Source: Marsupella aquatica (Eukaryota > Plantae > Marchantiophyta). From it: a DNA stretch of 64,000 nucleotides. Below the pieces are notes generated by a model. It was not told the DNA's origin. It made no database searches and saw nothing but the letters and a program-made list of their open reading frames with translations. A program made the position numbers and the translations under genes. Below are positions 24,505 to 39,500 of this stretch, piece after piece; position 1 is the first letter of the stretch; each line of letters opens with the position of its first letter. The DNA lies in the NCBI GenBank assembly GCA_973895155.1, contig OZ316894.1, positions 26,211,240 through 26,275,239 of the forward strand, given 5' to 3'.

Positions 24505-27500
24505 TTATCTGGAGGATTCCATAATGTCATCGTTGGTGGATGACTCTTCTCCATCTCTACAGTCTACAATATTTGACAAACATAATGAACCATAGTTGTT
24601 GTTGATAGATTGTGATAGAAATTGGAAATTTCCTCCCATTTGTTTAAACTCGCTAACTCTCTTTGCCAGTACTGCCTCAAACTTCAAGCACTGTTGTTTC
24701 TGGAGTGCCTTGAGTTCCCTCACTATGTTTGCATGTCTCTGCAGTTAAATGGTCAGATGCACACCAATATTACAACATATCCAGAGCATGACATTGGGTG
24801 GGTGAAAGGGTTGATATCCATCCATGGAACTTGCAAGTGATGGATAGGTTGGTTCAATAGTTTCTGTGAGCACCTTGTACCCCTTAAATAATACTTGGGA
24901 GTGGTAGAAGAAAAAATTGATTGATAAAGTGGAAGGGTACAACACATGCGTATATAGTGCCCACCACAAGAATAAGAGATAGAGAGACCGCAGAAGTCCC
25001 AAAAACTTACCACCAACCCATCCTTCCAGAGAAACACCACAAAGGAGTTCAAATTGCTGCAAGTAATACACAGCAGAATCTCTACATTTGTCTAGTGCGT
25101 AACAATCTACTAATACAAGGAAACATGGAAAGACAAAGAGCAGCCAGTATTTTGCCGACAAGATGCACTTTAATCAAATATTATGTCCACTCCAATTAGA
25201 ACCATTCCAAACCATAGATAGACCATGCTTGGCTTCTCATTCAAGCCATTCTAAGGGTCCATGTCTGGCCTCTATTTATATGATAGCAATGTGTAATCAA
25301 ACCAAACATTTGAGCCCACGCCAAGAGGTTTCTATGTACTCCTTTTTTCAAACAGAGGTAGAAATACATACAAACACAGAGAGAGAAAGAGAGAGGATCT
25401 AGAGTTTTAAGAATATGATTTCTTTGAACCTGATTGCATCTATCTAGGTCTTCTACTCGTGTTTTTTGGAGCTCATCACGACCCTGAGCAGCTCTTTGAA
25501 GCAAGACCTCCATTTCAGCTTGCTGCTTTGCTCGTAAGGCTTGCTCTTTTGAAGTGACTTCAGCTTGGTATGCAGCTAAAGTTGCTTGTAGTTCCAGATG
25601 CTCCATTCGATCTGCTATTCTTTTAACTTCTTGTGCTTCCAGATATTTGCCTTGCTTCCCAAGAAAGTTCTGAAATTCAAGTTTTGCAAATAATACAAAC
25701 ACTTGCATCATAGAATCACCATAAAACCAGAAGTGTCCCACATTCAGGGTAGCTATTTTGAATGTTTGTTATTGCTAATGGTAGGACTAGAGTAGACTTA
25801 CCTGAACCTTCCGATGCTTCAATAATTCTCGAGACCATTGGGGCTTGTTTGGAACTTTTGATGCCATTTTTGCTCGAAAAGCTTGCAGTATGCCAATTTG
25901 TTGTCGTTTGAGCTTTGCAGCATGCTCAACAACTCCCTTGTGAAATAAATGCAGTTTTTCATCCCATAACTGCACCATCCATCCACAATAGTGTGCAAGG
26001 GATTGACACTATTGTTTATTAACACTAATATTAAATTACAGCAATTTGACAACAAACTCGGGAAGACTGTTTGTGGCTCAGATTGAACGGTTGAGATTGA
26101 TTGTAACCCGAGTTGTAACCTTGAAAATAATTGTACGTATAGATTAAGCTGGCCCAAATGTCATCTTAGTGAAGGTGTTATCATTCAAGGGAATAGTCTA
26201 CCTAAATAAGTGGTTGGGATTGAGAGTAACGGAACTTGAGATTAAGAATAGCATAAAGATTCAGTACTCTAAGCAGCTTGCAAATCCAAATGTGTACTAG
26301 CCCAATCGATCAGACTTAGGATATTATCTCTTGATACAGGTTAATTGAGGGATTGGCAAACAAAATTTCTCAGATCTATATATATAAATCCACCTCTGAA
26401 CATGTTTTCCCAACAATCAGACTGGAGTATAGGAAAACCAAATTTTCCAAATAGAGGGTGCGGACCAGATGGGTATATCAAACATATTGGTCTAAAATTT
26501 AGACTAGCAGATGGGTAAGAACATTTGTCCCAAATATAGGTATACAGGATGGGCCGATCATCTTAGTTTCAACTGAACATACACCAGGAAGGTGGTTTTT
26601 TGGTGCAAAATACAATATATTCATCCATGGATCTGTGCCATCAGCAGAGGTAAAAGATAGTAAGAGATAAGAAAAACCAAGGAATCTTTAACATGGACCA
26701 ACAAGGGGAGGTTTGGTAACCACATGGATCCCAACCATATTAGCATGACATTAGCAAAGCTTGAACATTTCATCTCAAACTTTAGTTAATTCATGACTGG
26801 TTTTGTAACTGGGTCATTTATTTGTCTGATTTGTATGTCTGTCATCTAGACAGTCCCTAGGAGATATGGAATTTCTCCTCTAATTAATAGATTGCTGAAA
26901 CACAATCCTATCACGTTTTGGCCGTTTGCAAAAATCTATTGTAGATCAGAAAGACCATTTCAAAGGTTTCAATCATCCATCTGTAGGAAGTCATGTTGAA
27001 TCACTACTATTTTTCGGCCGTACCTTATAAAGAAGTAGGCCAGGTGGTCCACTAGTATGACTGGGCTTCTGTTTCTAGAACCATATGTTCCTAGTCCAAC
27101 TGGCTACTGAATAGGAATTCATGAACATATATGAAAATAGAAAAACAATGAATTTTGGGTGTTAACTGAGGGAGGTGAGATCTGATACAAAAGTTCACAA
27201 TATATTTAAATTGGATGTTTGGTAGAAATGAATAATGTTGATCATTTGAAGGAAAGGCATTGTTGGGGAAGGTGCTATATGGGGGAGGAAAACGGCAAAG
27301 GTCCCTCACTGGAGCATGTTGTGGTTGTTTCTTTTTTTATCATGGATGGGCTCGTGGATGGGCAGGTATGAGCAGGCAACGGAGACAAGGAGCCAGCCCT
27401 ACTATTGACTTTTGGCATGGGCATCCATGGAGATGCACTGGAGAGCTCAGGAGGCTGTAGATTCAGCTTGCTGTGTCCAAAAGCTGTCAAAAAGCAAGCC

Positions 27501-30500
27501 TGATGCCGAAGAGAGAGGTCAAACAAACTTCATTCTAGCCCAACATGGCTCCCCTCTGAATATATGCCAGTTTGATATATTTGAAATGCCAAATGGGTGA
27601 AAATGGCAAACATTATTGGTGTAGGGCATTCTTGGGATTGGAAGGATGTTTGTTTTATGGCTATGATCTGTAGGAATTAAGGAAATAGTGGATCTGTATG
27701 CCTTCCAGGGTAGTGCCAATCAGAAAGTGCTTGTGAAAAAACTTATGAACCTTTATATTTATAATCCTGTGAGGATTGAGCACGCAATCATTCAGCTGTG
27801 CAAGGGCTATGTACCAAATTAATTTAGCAATTGCAATTGAATTTATCAATTATGTAGCAGATGTTGATGCTATATAAGAATGAACTTCATTGTATGATGA
27901 TAGTTTATGAGAATGAAGAGCAAGGTCCTATGCGTTTTACCTTTATTCAACCCCACAGAGTAGTTTTCTCTAATGCATGGAATCACCATCAAGGAGAAAA
28001 CAATCCTTGAGATGAGAAAATATGGCTTCACCCATCAAAGCCAGCCCTGGGTTCACTCTTTGTATGTTTCCTAAACCACGTCCAAACAATGGATCTTTTA
28101 GGGGGTATTTTATAACTACAGGCCAGGTGTTTTGAAACACCCCTGCAAGTCTGTCTCTAAATATCTTGTGGGATGAAGACTTGTCCCAAAATTGTCATAG
28201 ATACTATTGGTGCCAAAGGAATGTATGGGAATTCAATCATGAAAATTATATCTATAGCTAGCAAAAATTGTCATATGAAACTTTAATTCTACTGGTGGAA
28301 AACTCACAGGTGGTAACAAATGTAGCAGTTTCAAGATTTAATATCATATAACAACATTTAGAGAATTTGAATTTTCCTAGTATTGTGTTGAAGTTTTAAC
28401 TAAGATGTAATTGCATGGTTGCAAAGACAGGAGTTTCAGGGCTTAGGGTTTAGGGTCCCTGAAGTTAATATTATTTTGACCTCATAAACACAGCTATAAA
28501 GAATAAAAGATAAACTAGCTTCTAGTGACCTCTTGGTCAGTTATGGATTAATGTTGCTTTATTAGTACTCAAATAAAATAATATAGCTGTGAAAATCAAG
28601 TGACACCTGTTTTGAAATAAGTCCCATGCATTTTCCCCTTGTAAATGCAATATTTGCACTTTATGGTTGAGTTACATGAGGTAAACACAGGCAAAAGTGG
28701 GCAAATGCAGACAAAAACGAGCCATTAGTTTTCCATTTTCACTGTTTATTTTACTGGTGCAAAATGTATACTTAGATACTTAAGTTTAGAAATGTTAAAT
28801 GCGACAGACCCTTAAAAAAAATTAAGTAAAACATTATATATGTTTCAACAAGCTATTTTATCCACAGGAAATTTGGATAGCACTTTGCCCCAACCTTCCC
28901 CCATACCCAGAGGGAGAGAGGGGTTTGAATCTGAGCTGGCTCTGAGTCCCAATCCCTAGCCACCTGATCTAGACCACTATGCCCCACTCTAGTGACTTTG
29001 CAAATCACATTCAAGAAGTTTTGATTGCCATTTTAATGTCTTTAGAAAAGTTCACAGTACTCGTAAATGCACAAACGACCTTGGGAAACAAATTCTAATG
29101 GGGTGTAATGCATGAGGAGAACAAAATAAATGAATTTGTATTTGGATGTTTCAATATCAGATAAAAGAAATTTCAATGTTAATATCCTCAGTGAAGTATG
29201 CAATTTGAAACTATAAATTCAAGAATGCACAAGATTAAGACATACCCGGTTCCTTTCATCAATCTCAACCTTGTATGCTTTTTCAACCTCGTCTCTTTCC
29301 TTGAGATGTCTTTGGATCATTCCCGCTTTCCTTTTATTGTCCTCCAAAAGCTACACACATGAGAAGAATATCTCGGACCTAACTTCTGGATGAGCCCATA
29401 TCATGTGAAATTGACAAGAAATCAAAATTCTCCCCAACAATTATCACTGTGTTCTTATGCAAACAATTTTACAGGTATTAGCTAGTCCCTCCAGATAACT
29501 AGTCTATTAAGAACACACTTTTTCAAAAGTGAATTGTGCAAATGTAGAGGAGTTTCCTTTTGGACAACTGAAGAGCACATGCAGCCCTAGACACTAATGT
29601 CTGCCGAGCTTTAGGAGGACATTATGTGTTGACCAACAAGACGTAAGCTTAGTTTCCAACAGAGGGCCTTTTAAGAGCACATAACAGGTTAATCAACCCA
29701 ACAAACCCATTTCGTTAACATTCAATTGTAATTGTATCAAATTCGTTTCTCTCAAAAAGTGGAGACTACATAAACCAGATCATTCAATATTTCTTTCCAT
29801 TCCTTTGAGTGATTTCTCTCCCTGGCAATCTCCTTTAAATGCTCCACATTAATGAGCATCTTGGATTAATTAAGCTCTCCTAATCACTCCTGTCACTCCA
29901 TTATCTGTGTAACCCACTATCATGCTTCCCTTTGTGGGTCAAGCTGAATTTAGGAATACTCAGACCGAGTATCCTGGGGAAGCTTATGCCTAGATTTAGC
30001 ATTCATACAAAGAAAATAGAGCAAAACAGAATATTTCAAGTACAGTCTATTTGGGTTCTTTGCCAAAGGTGATGGCCGATCCGGGCTTGTTTCTATTTTA
30101 GGATCCTATCCCTTTTTAGGCCGAAGAAAAACTTATTCCTCCCTCAAAACCCTGGTTACTTGCATGTACGTGCTTTTTTTTGTTGAAAAAGTACAGCTAT
30201 TTCTAGAATAATTATATCATTTTACCAACAAATTACAAACCTTGATTCCATGAAGACGTTGCACAGCTGATTGAGCTGCCATATAGTTACCTTCATTTTC
30301 ACATTTCTTTTTGTGCTCTTCCAAAGATTTCATGACTTCAACAACCTATACATGGCACCATGAATATGAATTAGTTATGTTTGAAATACAGCTAGTATAT
30401 GTTGTATATTTAGATCATGAAAATTACTATTGTTAAGGAAGTTCTGGACAAAGTTGGAAAAAAGTAATTCTCATTCTAAAGAGGGTCCCCAAGCAAAATC

Positions 30501-33500
30501 ACCACATACAAATTCAAAGATTTGAACCCTTGACCTTGCACAAGACACTTAAAAACAATAATCAAAATTTGTATATTATATCTGTGTTTATCTGAAGGAC
30601 ACTGGTTTTGTCTTTTTATTTTTTGGCACAAGGCTGACAACCCAACCGTTGACAATAGACATTTTTTTAATATTGTAACAAACTTGCGATATAGTTTTAT
30701 TACACTCAGTCTATGAATTTGAGTATTAAAGAGTCAAATTGATGAAAGTAAAAACAAAACAAAATATCAACTTTTAGTCAATCACAGGTTTAGACAACAA
30801 TGTGGATAAGATCTTAAGCAAAGCAGGCCTAGAACTGTCTACTACCTTTTCTGGTAAAGAACTACTATTACTCAAAAAAATGATTGTCAAAGTTTAACAG
30901 TATTCAGCCTCAGTGTGGAGCTTGCCTTCCAATCTCATTGTATACTGGAGTGCAATTTTTAAGTAAGAAGTTTGGATGAATGTTCAGGCAGCTCTTGCCG
31001 TGAAGAAGGGGGGGGGGGGGGTTTGCCCTTCTTTTTTTGGCTTGTGATGGCTATATATTGTCCTTCATATTTTGGGGTTTGCTCTGTTTCTTGGAAAAAA
31101 ACAGATTATGGCTCAGCTTGATGAAAACGTTTAAACCTATGTTTTGCCATCTTTACCAAAAAGAGCAGTTTTCCAGCATTTCGTAACCCATTTCTGTAGT
31201 ACTCAGCGGGGTACTCAGAGCCAGTTCTCAGAGAATCCTTTGAAGAATGCCCAGCCATTTGTGCAGAAACACCAAAGCACTTGGAGCCAGCATTGGGAGT
31301 AGATCAAGTATCATAAACCCAATAAACCCTGGCTGTTTTTGTTTCCTGTTTGCTCATATCCCAAGAACCCACATTGGACTACCACCACTAGGTTTACTTA
31401 CCACCTTTTCTTGTGTTTATCTAAAAACTGTAAGTCATCCATGAGTATGGCAAAGCTAGTGGGAGCTGTCTTTCGTCTCTGGTTGGGATTTTGTTTTGTT
31501 TATATAATCTTTGGTCTGTGTGCCCTTCCAGTTTTGCTGGTTTTCTAGGGATAATCAACCAGTGATGTTATGAGAAACTAAGGTTCAGTGATTGTCCATA
31601 ACGTTTAATAAAACAAGCAAATGTTTGCCACAAATGTCACGGCAGTCACGAGGCAAGCTAGGTAGTGAGAAGTGAACTAGCATAGTGCCAGGGTACACAG
31701 CGCCACGCAACTGCACGGTTTAATTTTCAGGAGGTTTTCTACACAGCTCAACTACCAATAAACATTTCCAACCAAATGCTCAATTGCATTAAGTCTATAT
31801 TGTATTGTATTATAGCATCATTTCTACACGACCTAGCAAATTTGGTAGTTTCTTGCCCAAGACAATGCACATGGCTCAGAAACTTTTGAAAAATGCTCAG
31901 CAAAAAGGACCTGCTTTGGCTTTGCAATGTTGTGCGGTGTCACCCAGCAATATGGTGTGGTGTCACCCAGCATTCAGGTGATTGGAATGTCAGTGACATC
32001 TTACGTGGCATGTTATTTACTCTCACTGTTGGGGGAATATTTGGGTCAGGAACAAAGCAGCCTTTTGCAACTATTTTAGGGAAAACTTAAATTGCAATGA
32101 TATATGCACACAACAAGTGATGTGTCCCTTTACAAGGCAGCGTAATCTTTTTTTCACTGAAGCTAAGACTTAATTGTATTTAAAAAGAATCTCAATTATG
32201 TCTGTCATGTAAGGTTTATACCATTGACAAAGGAAGGATCTTTGCTAGTGTTTGACATGTGGGTGACATAAGTATGTCAAAAAGAAGGCTCAAATGAGAA
32301 TGACATAGTTATGAGCCTTTTTGACATACTGCCCCCAAGGAAGCCCCTGTCAAGTTTTAACATTACAAATGACACGTTCTTCATCCACCCATTAGAACCA
32401 TATGGGTTTCTCCATATCTAGGAAACCCGGCATCGGATTAACCGGATTAACTTGTAACACTGAACCTATAATTATACCCAGAATGATATTATCACCATTC
32501 CAGAGGTCATAAAATGAGCTATGTACATTGAGGTATCACTAGAAGAAGTGTCGCTCTAAAACAGACATATAACTCAAATAGTTTAATATTTTTTGGAGTT
32601 TTACAGGAAGCATTAGAAACATACTGATGCAGATTTTATTACAGAAAAATAGTAAGCCAAGAAAGAGGAGGACCTGTGGAGCTAAACTTGGATATGTGTC
32701 AACTGAAGCTTTTCTACTAGGGCTTCTTTGGAGAGTCCTCCATGCTCCAGGAGATGAACCTCCACCCATACTGACACTACCTCTGTAACAGTTTTCATGA
32801 GAAATTCAAATTACAGTCCTTGATGAATCAATTTTTGGACAAAGATATGGATGTGCATAATAGTATAATGTCCATTTGAGATGAGATTTGGTGAAGGCTT
32901 GATACTAATAAGAAGGTGGCTGGTATATAGATTTTGGACTTGCTATTGAGGTAGGTGTGTGATTGCCTACATTAAAAAAAATCTGTCAAGCAAGCTATAG
33001 AGAACACCAAAAATTGTTTTGACTGAGGGGACATAGAAAGTTCAAGTTCTGTGGAGTTAGCCAAAACAAGTTTCATTTTGGAGTTCTGGAAAGCGTACTT
33101 CAAAATCAAGAAGCTAGAAAGCTTATGAGTTTTTTTTTGGCACAACAAAGAAAGATAAAGATGTAAAGACACGCCATCTTAATTTCACTAATAAAAGACT
33201 GGGCTTTAATTAGTTGGTGATTGCATATATGACATGCTTTTATTGATTTTAGTGAAGCTTCCTGTGCTGCTAGTATAGCTTCAATAATTTTTTATTAAGC
33301 TTTTTTCATGTAGTCCAACTACATCATGAATGTGCTCTGGTTCTAACAAAGAAGACAGATGGGGAGGGATTTAGAGGGGTCTGTATATATTTAGCTCAAT
33401 ATATACAGGAAATTTGGGTCTTATCCAAAATTTGTATATGTTTGAAGGCTAAGGAGGATACTGCTAAGCATCACAGGAGTTTGATTTTATAAAATATGTT

Positions 33501-36500
33501 ATGTATGAAATAAGGGAATGATTATATATATATATGTATATTACATGATATAATCATTATGTTGAAAGAAAGGTAGGGAAAATGTACACATGTAACACTT
33601 TAGGTAAGTTCAACGCAATTATGGGATAGCTGGTTGGTGTAGGTACTAATATAATTATCTTAGGCTCAAGGTTTACTTTGATACTTTATGACCTTTTGTG
33701 TGTACATGATGTTTTTTTTATATTCACTTTGAGAAATGCTTTCTTAGAATTAAGCGGAAGTACATCAAAATTTCATGGCAAGATTGGGTTAGGTCTACTT
33801 GTTCATGCATTGACAAAAGGAAACAAAAATCATCTAAGTTATTCTATTAGATGAGCCCTATGCCCGTGTGTTGCGGTGCAAGGAGGGACGGCCCATAGGG
33901 AGTCGGGCCGGGGCATTTATGGGGCAGCAGGAAGCAGATATGTGTCAAGGGTGCACATTTTCTCCATCAATGTTCAGGGAAAACAGCTAATTGAATCCAA
34001 CAGTTATGGATCCTTCCTGCCCATCACCTTTTTTGTATTGGGACGGAGTACAACAAAAGGCGGGATCCCTTATTATAATTGTAGATATAGGTGTCCACAT
34101 AGCCCAACACTTGTAGTGAATTGACCAAACCCCTTAGTAAGGTTGCAATGCTATCCATATGCCATGGCAATTATTTACTCTAGTCATTAAATAATATATC
34201 CTCTATCACATGTACCAACAAGCACTTGACATATATCTGGCCCACGCATGGTGCACTTAACATGCACCCCAGCCCCAGTACCTAATATTTTGCACATTTA
34301 TTTTAAGCCTCATAGCAGTAAATGGGCAAATCTATATTATGCCTCTTTGTTACTTTTAACCACTTACATTAATCAGTTTAAAACAAATTTGAAATACACT
34401 TGTTTGTTCCTCTGTCGAGCTCCCCATATTACTGAAGTTGGGGGGCCAGGGAGTTGAGTTGGATATTTAATCCAAAATGTTTACTATGTTGTTAGGAGTT
34501 TGTTGCCAGGAGAGCTAATAAATTGAACAGACTATGTCTATAAGTTAGAATAAACTTAATTTGTGTTTGTTTTTGAATGGGTGCACAACAATGTGCAATG
34601 TTACTCTTATATAAAGACTTCAATGAATGAAATTGCATAAGAGCAGGACTAACTACAAAGACATGATTCCACATGGAAGTGGAGTTACCTTGAGCCTAGA
34701 AATGATGGATATCGGGTTTCTCTTCGTTCAAGCTGCGCTGTAAGCTTCAAAAACCACAATCCAATAATCAGGCCCCAAAAGGAGTCACAGCCAAAATATT
34801 TATTATCAACAAAATAATGCATAAGAAGGGCAAGCTACTTGTATGCCCATTTTATATAACGAGCCTGAATGCCCATTCTTTGAATATTAATAGAAATGAT
34901 GACAAAAATCATACTGTTGACATATATAATATCTCATTCGTTTTTCCATCCACATAAATTTTGGTGGGGCCTAGAGTCAAGGTCTAGAGGCTTCACTCTA
35001 GAAGCCTAGACCCCAATTCTAGCTTCTCATAATTGCAATTAGTTATATAGATACTAAAACATATAAAATGACGTCCATAACAAATGAGCACAATCAGCAC
35101 ACAAATAAAAAATACTTTTACTCATAGTTAAAATGTGAATGCAACCTACATATAGAAGAATGAAAAATCACAAAACATGATCGATAGAAGAGGCGGGAGA
35201 ACAGTCTGGTAGTATTATCATAGATAAAATTAGCAGTCCATAATTCACAATGCCAATTTAAAACAGTCACTTGACTAGTGTGAGGCATGTAATGGAACAT
35301 TTTGAGAAGTTTACAGGAAACAATTCAAGACAGTGGCTCTTGTGCTTTTGGCCTTTGGATCCTGCCTTCCAATAAGGCATTTTTTTGTTCTTTGGCAATG
35401 AGATATATAATAACAAGTACAACTCAAAACATTCCAAATCACTCAATTCATTAAAAGTGTATTTTATTTTGTTCACTTTTAGGCCTCTAAATGTTCACTT
35501 TTTGTTCTCTAAATGTACACTTAATTTTTAACCCCAAAAGGTACAATATAGTACACTACTCTACACCTAAATGATCAATTGTAAACTTGAGGGTGCAAAA
35601 ATGATCTTTACTAGAAGGAGTCTCATCCTAGTTTATTTACAAAGGATGAACATGGTGGTACATTTGATGGCAAGCATCTTTATTTTTTGTCCAATTGTAC
35701 ACTTTTTGAAAGCCAAATGTACACTTTTTGTTACCCAAATGTTCGTAAATTGAATAATAATTCACTTTTAATGAATAGATTGATCCAAATAAGCTTCTCA
35801 ACTTCAGTCACTTAACATATATGAATTAGAGCCTTCTTATATCTGAGGTCATAACCTGTGCCTTCAGCATAGACACAATAGTTGTCTTCCATCCTTAGTG
35901 AGAAAGCAATGTTGACTCAACCTTCTCAGAACCTTAGTCTTTGATCTTCATGGCATGAACCCATTATTATAGTCAGCCACTATGGGTCTGCTGCTAGTAT
36001 TAGCCAAAAACATGGGTTGATTGCTTAAATTAGCTGAGCATGGGTCTGCTGTGAGAACTACCCAAACATGGGTCTGCTGCTAAATTGAAGAGTATTCAAT
36101 TGATATAAATACAAATTCTAGGCGCAAAAGATACTGAAAGTCAACCAGCTCACTGGCAGACCAGCTCAGTGGGGAAATCCAGTCTAGGCATACTTTTTTT
36201 ACACAAACCCCACCAAAAAGTGGAGGGAACTAAGGTTCATTCAAATTGTTTGACACTTCGGAAAAGATGGCGATCCGTCACTTCTCATGTGCGGCAAGAC
36301 AGAAAAGGCTGCTGGCAGTAAGTGTGCAAGCCTCATCAATTCATGAGCCTCAAAATTGTCCTTTGACCTCAATAACTATATATCTTGAATCTCAGCACAC
36401 ATTTTATATCATTCAAAACCTGGTCACATATTGTCAGGCTATAGGCAGGGTCATTAATATTACAAGATTGAACAAGGCAGACTGCAGGTCTGTGTGCCCA

Positions 36501-39500
36501 GTGTTTAGGTTTCTAAGTGAGTTTACAGTGTTTAAATCCAAACTCTATGTCACATATACACAGCTCCTGACAAGAAAGAGAGTGCGGACTGTAAAGATAA
36601 CATTGGCAACCTTGAGCTAAGGGTTTGAATTAAGACTAACCACAATCAACCCACTCCTCTTTGGTCAATGGAACTCCAATTTATACATTCAACCACTTCA
36701 CAAATAATAGTTAACCAAGTCAACCAAAGATACCTGAAACATGAAACAAATGTAGCCAGAGTGAGAACCCCAACTTCATTGTCCTTAGTTTTCTTAGCAC
36801 AAACAATACCTGTCATTAATAGTTTATTCCCCAGTGTGTGAGCCAGGCATAATTGGAATCCCCTTAAATGATATAAAATAATATCGATTTCTAGGAAATT
36901 CCCATCTATCAACTAAATGACCAATGTTATTTTCTAAATGATAAATTTTGTTTTTGTTTTCCGGAAGAAGGCCGTGGGGCAAAATGACGGGGGGTAATTA
37001 CTGCAATAACATATATACTTTTGAGTGTACAGCATCCCATATTAGGTCATGCACTTTATAAAAAAGGTTCACTTGAGGATAAACAAAATTCCAGGACTAG
37101 TTTGGCTCCTACTTATTTCAGATGATATTTTTTAGTTAGAGAGTTATACTACAGTCGGATGCCATTTACTTTTGTCAATAATACATACTTTGCCACTCAC
37201 CAGTTGCCATCGATCTTAACCAGGCTTAAACCAACTAACTAAGGTTAGATCCAGATTACAACTGATGGCTGAAACTAACGCTGGTTCTAAGTTGCCCACC
37301 TCTGCCACTCTCCATATTGGGGCAGGTGTAGTTCTATCACATTTTAAATATGACCAGGAGTGGAACTGGTTGGGATGGGCCGGGGGACGAAATGACGACA
37401 AAAGACTCACACCCAAGGTGGAGGGCCATAGGAGGATATACCAATCAGGGCTGAGAGAAGACAGTGAGAACTGTGGTGCAAATACAGTAGTCGCTCCCTG
37501 AGTGCACACTCCTGGGAAGAAGCATTGGTGTGCACTTAACTTGGGTTTGTGCTATGTAATGTATAAGTGCAAACATGTAGACTAGTGCAATTATCAATAA
37601 CAGTATATGGTTTACATCTTGCTGTTAAATGTGCAATTATCCTCGGCAAGGTGACTCCAACTCTAAATACATCCTTGTGCTAAATTAGATCCCCTAACCT
37701 AGATGTGAAATTGTTTACTCTACTAACATATGTCATGCACTTATCAGTAATTGTAATTTGATGAAATTATGCGCTTACTGATAAGTGTTCATGTACAGTT
37801 ATCACGGGTTTGCACTTATTAATTTGAATTTCACCCAAATTTTGTTGGCATTTGCACTTATAAAGGTACAAAATGCTGTGGGAAAGAGGGAAGAACGGCA
37901 CTCCTTGCCATTAGCCAAGGTTTGCACTTAAAGAGCCACAGCCATGACAAAAACCTGGTTACACACATTTTACCATTTTTAGTACTTTTCCCAAAATTTT
38001 GGAGCAAAGTCTCACGGGTAGAGGAGGAAAATGTGACAAAGTGAGAAGTTTGGTATGTACACTCCTCCTTTTATATGGCTTCATTGTGGTGGTTTAAGGA
38101 GAGACGACTGGAATCAAAACGACTGGAATCGAAGGGGTTGAAAGATAATTAAGAGCTCGCTACAAAAGCAAAGTTGACAGAGATTGTGTGTGAACGATCA
38201 AGAGTTAAAAAGCTGAGCTTAGAGAAAAGCTGGAAACCATAGAGTGCCAAGTGAAGCGACACTGGACTTATGGCAATTCAACTAGCAGGGAAAAGGTGAC
38301 CATGCACATGATGATCAAGACAAGTAGCCTTGACAAGAGTTTACTCTAGATCAGTTCCCAACCACTAGTGAAGCCAGACTAGGACATGGAAAATAGACTA
38401 TAGATTGAAGAGAGGTCGAAAGGAGGATCAGACGTGTTGGCAAGGTTGACAGCCCATTGAAGAATCATGTCAACGGAAGTGCTGCAGGATTTGGGAAGCA
38501 ATCAAGCTCACAGTATGACTGTTTGAGGTACCTTGACTGTCAAACCCAGCCCCAGGTAGCATCTGAACAGAAGGACTTGAGACAACAAAGAGAACGCACT
38601 TGCGCACAAGAAACATCCAGGCCCCACCTAAGTAGAGAAAGCAACTACGTACAGGCCACACTCACAACAAATTGTAGGGGCAAACAGTGATATTCCAGCC
38701 CATCACGATTGAGAAAAGCGTCTAAACCTTATGACGACGTGGATTTTGACGCTGATCTGGACGTGGAGCTCGTCCAGGCCCTCAGCTATCTGCTGGCTGC
38801 ACAAGCAAAACCCCCTGATGGTGTGAGATCTGAACACTTCACTGCAGATGAAACTAAAGTTTAGAGCAAAATTTGGCATCATTGGAGGAGGGGAATCATC
38901 CTCTTACTCCAATCAAAGCGATAGAGTCACAGTTACACTCAACCAGTTCACAGCCACATTCCTAGGACCAGACTAGATGCACTGAAAGCACTACCAAAAT
39001 TATCAAAAAGGCCCTGGTCTCCCCCACTAATGGAGCTTTTGATATGATCAGGAAAAGGCATGTGCCACACGCAATTGGTTGTTTTGCTTTGAAGCAAACA
39101 AAATCACACTCCCTCAGATGAGAAAGCACCTATGGACTACAATGCTGAATCAGGCATTTTGGGGGATGACACCAGTCCTATCCTTGACTCTCACATTGCA
39201 GATCCCGATGAACCAGACCTCGGATTGCCCTAATCTGAGCGGGAATCTGAGAATATAGAAGAACTTTTGGATTCAGCTGAGGCCTCCATGCTACGATCTC
39301 ATGTGACAAGTTCACAGCCTGGGTTACTGGATAATGATGGATGAACTTGGGTGAGAAATTCATGTGCTTCTTGGTGTCCCAGGAAATGTGTGGTCCCCAT
39401 AATCATCAGCCTTAGTTTGCAAAATTGAGTTTCACAACGACAATAGGCTGCTTAGTGACTGCAGCAAACTCATGTCCAACCTTGAAGGTCAGCACATTAT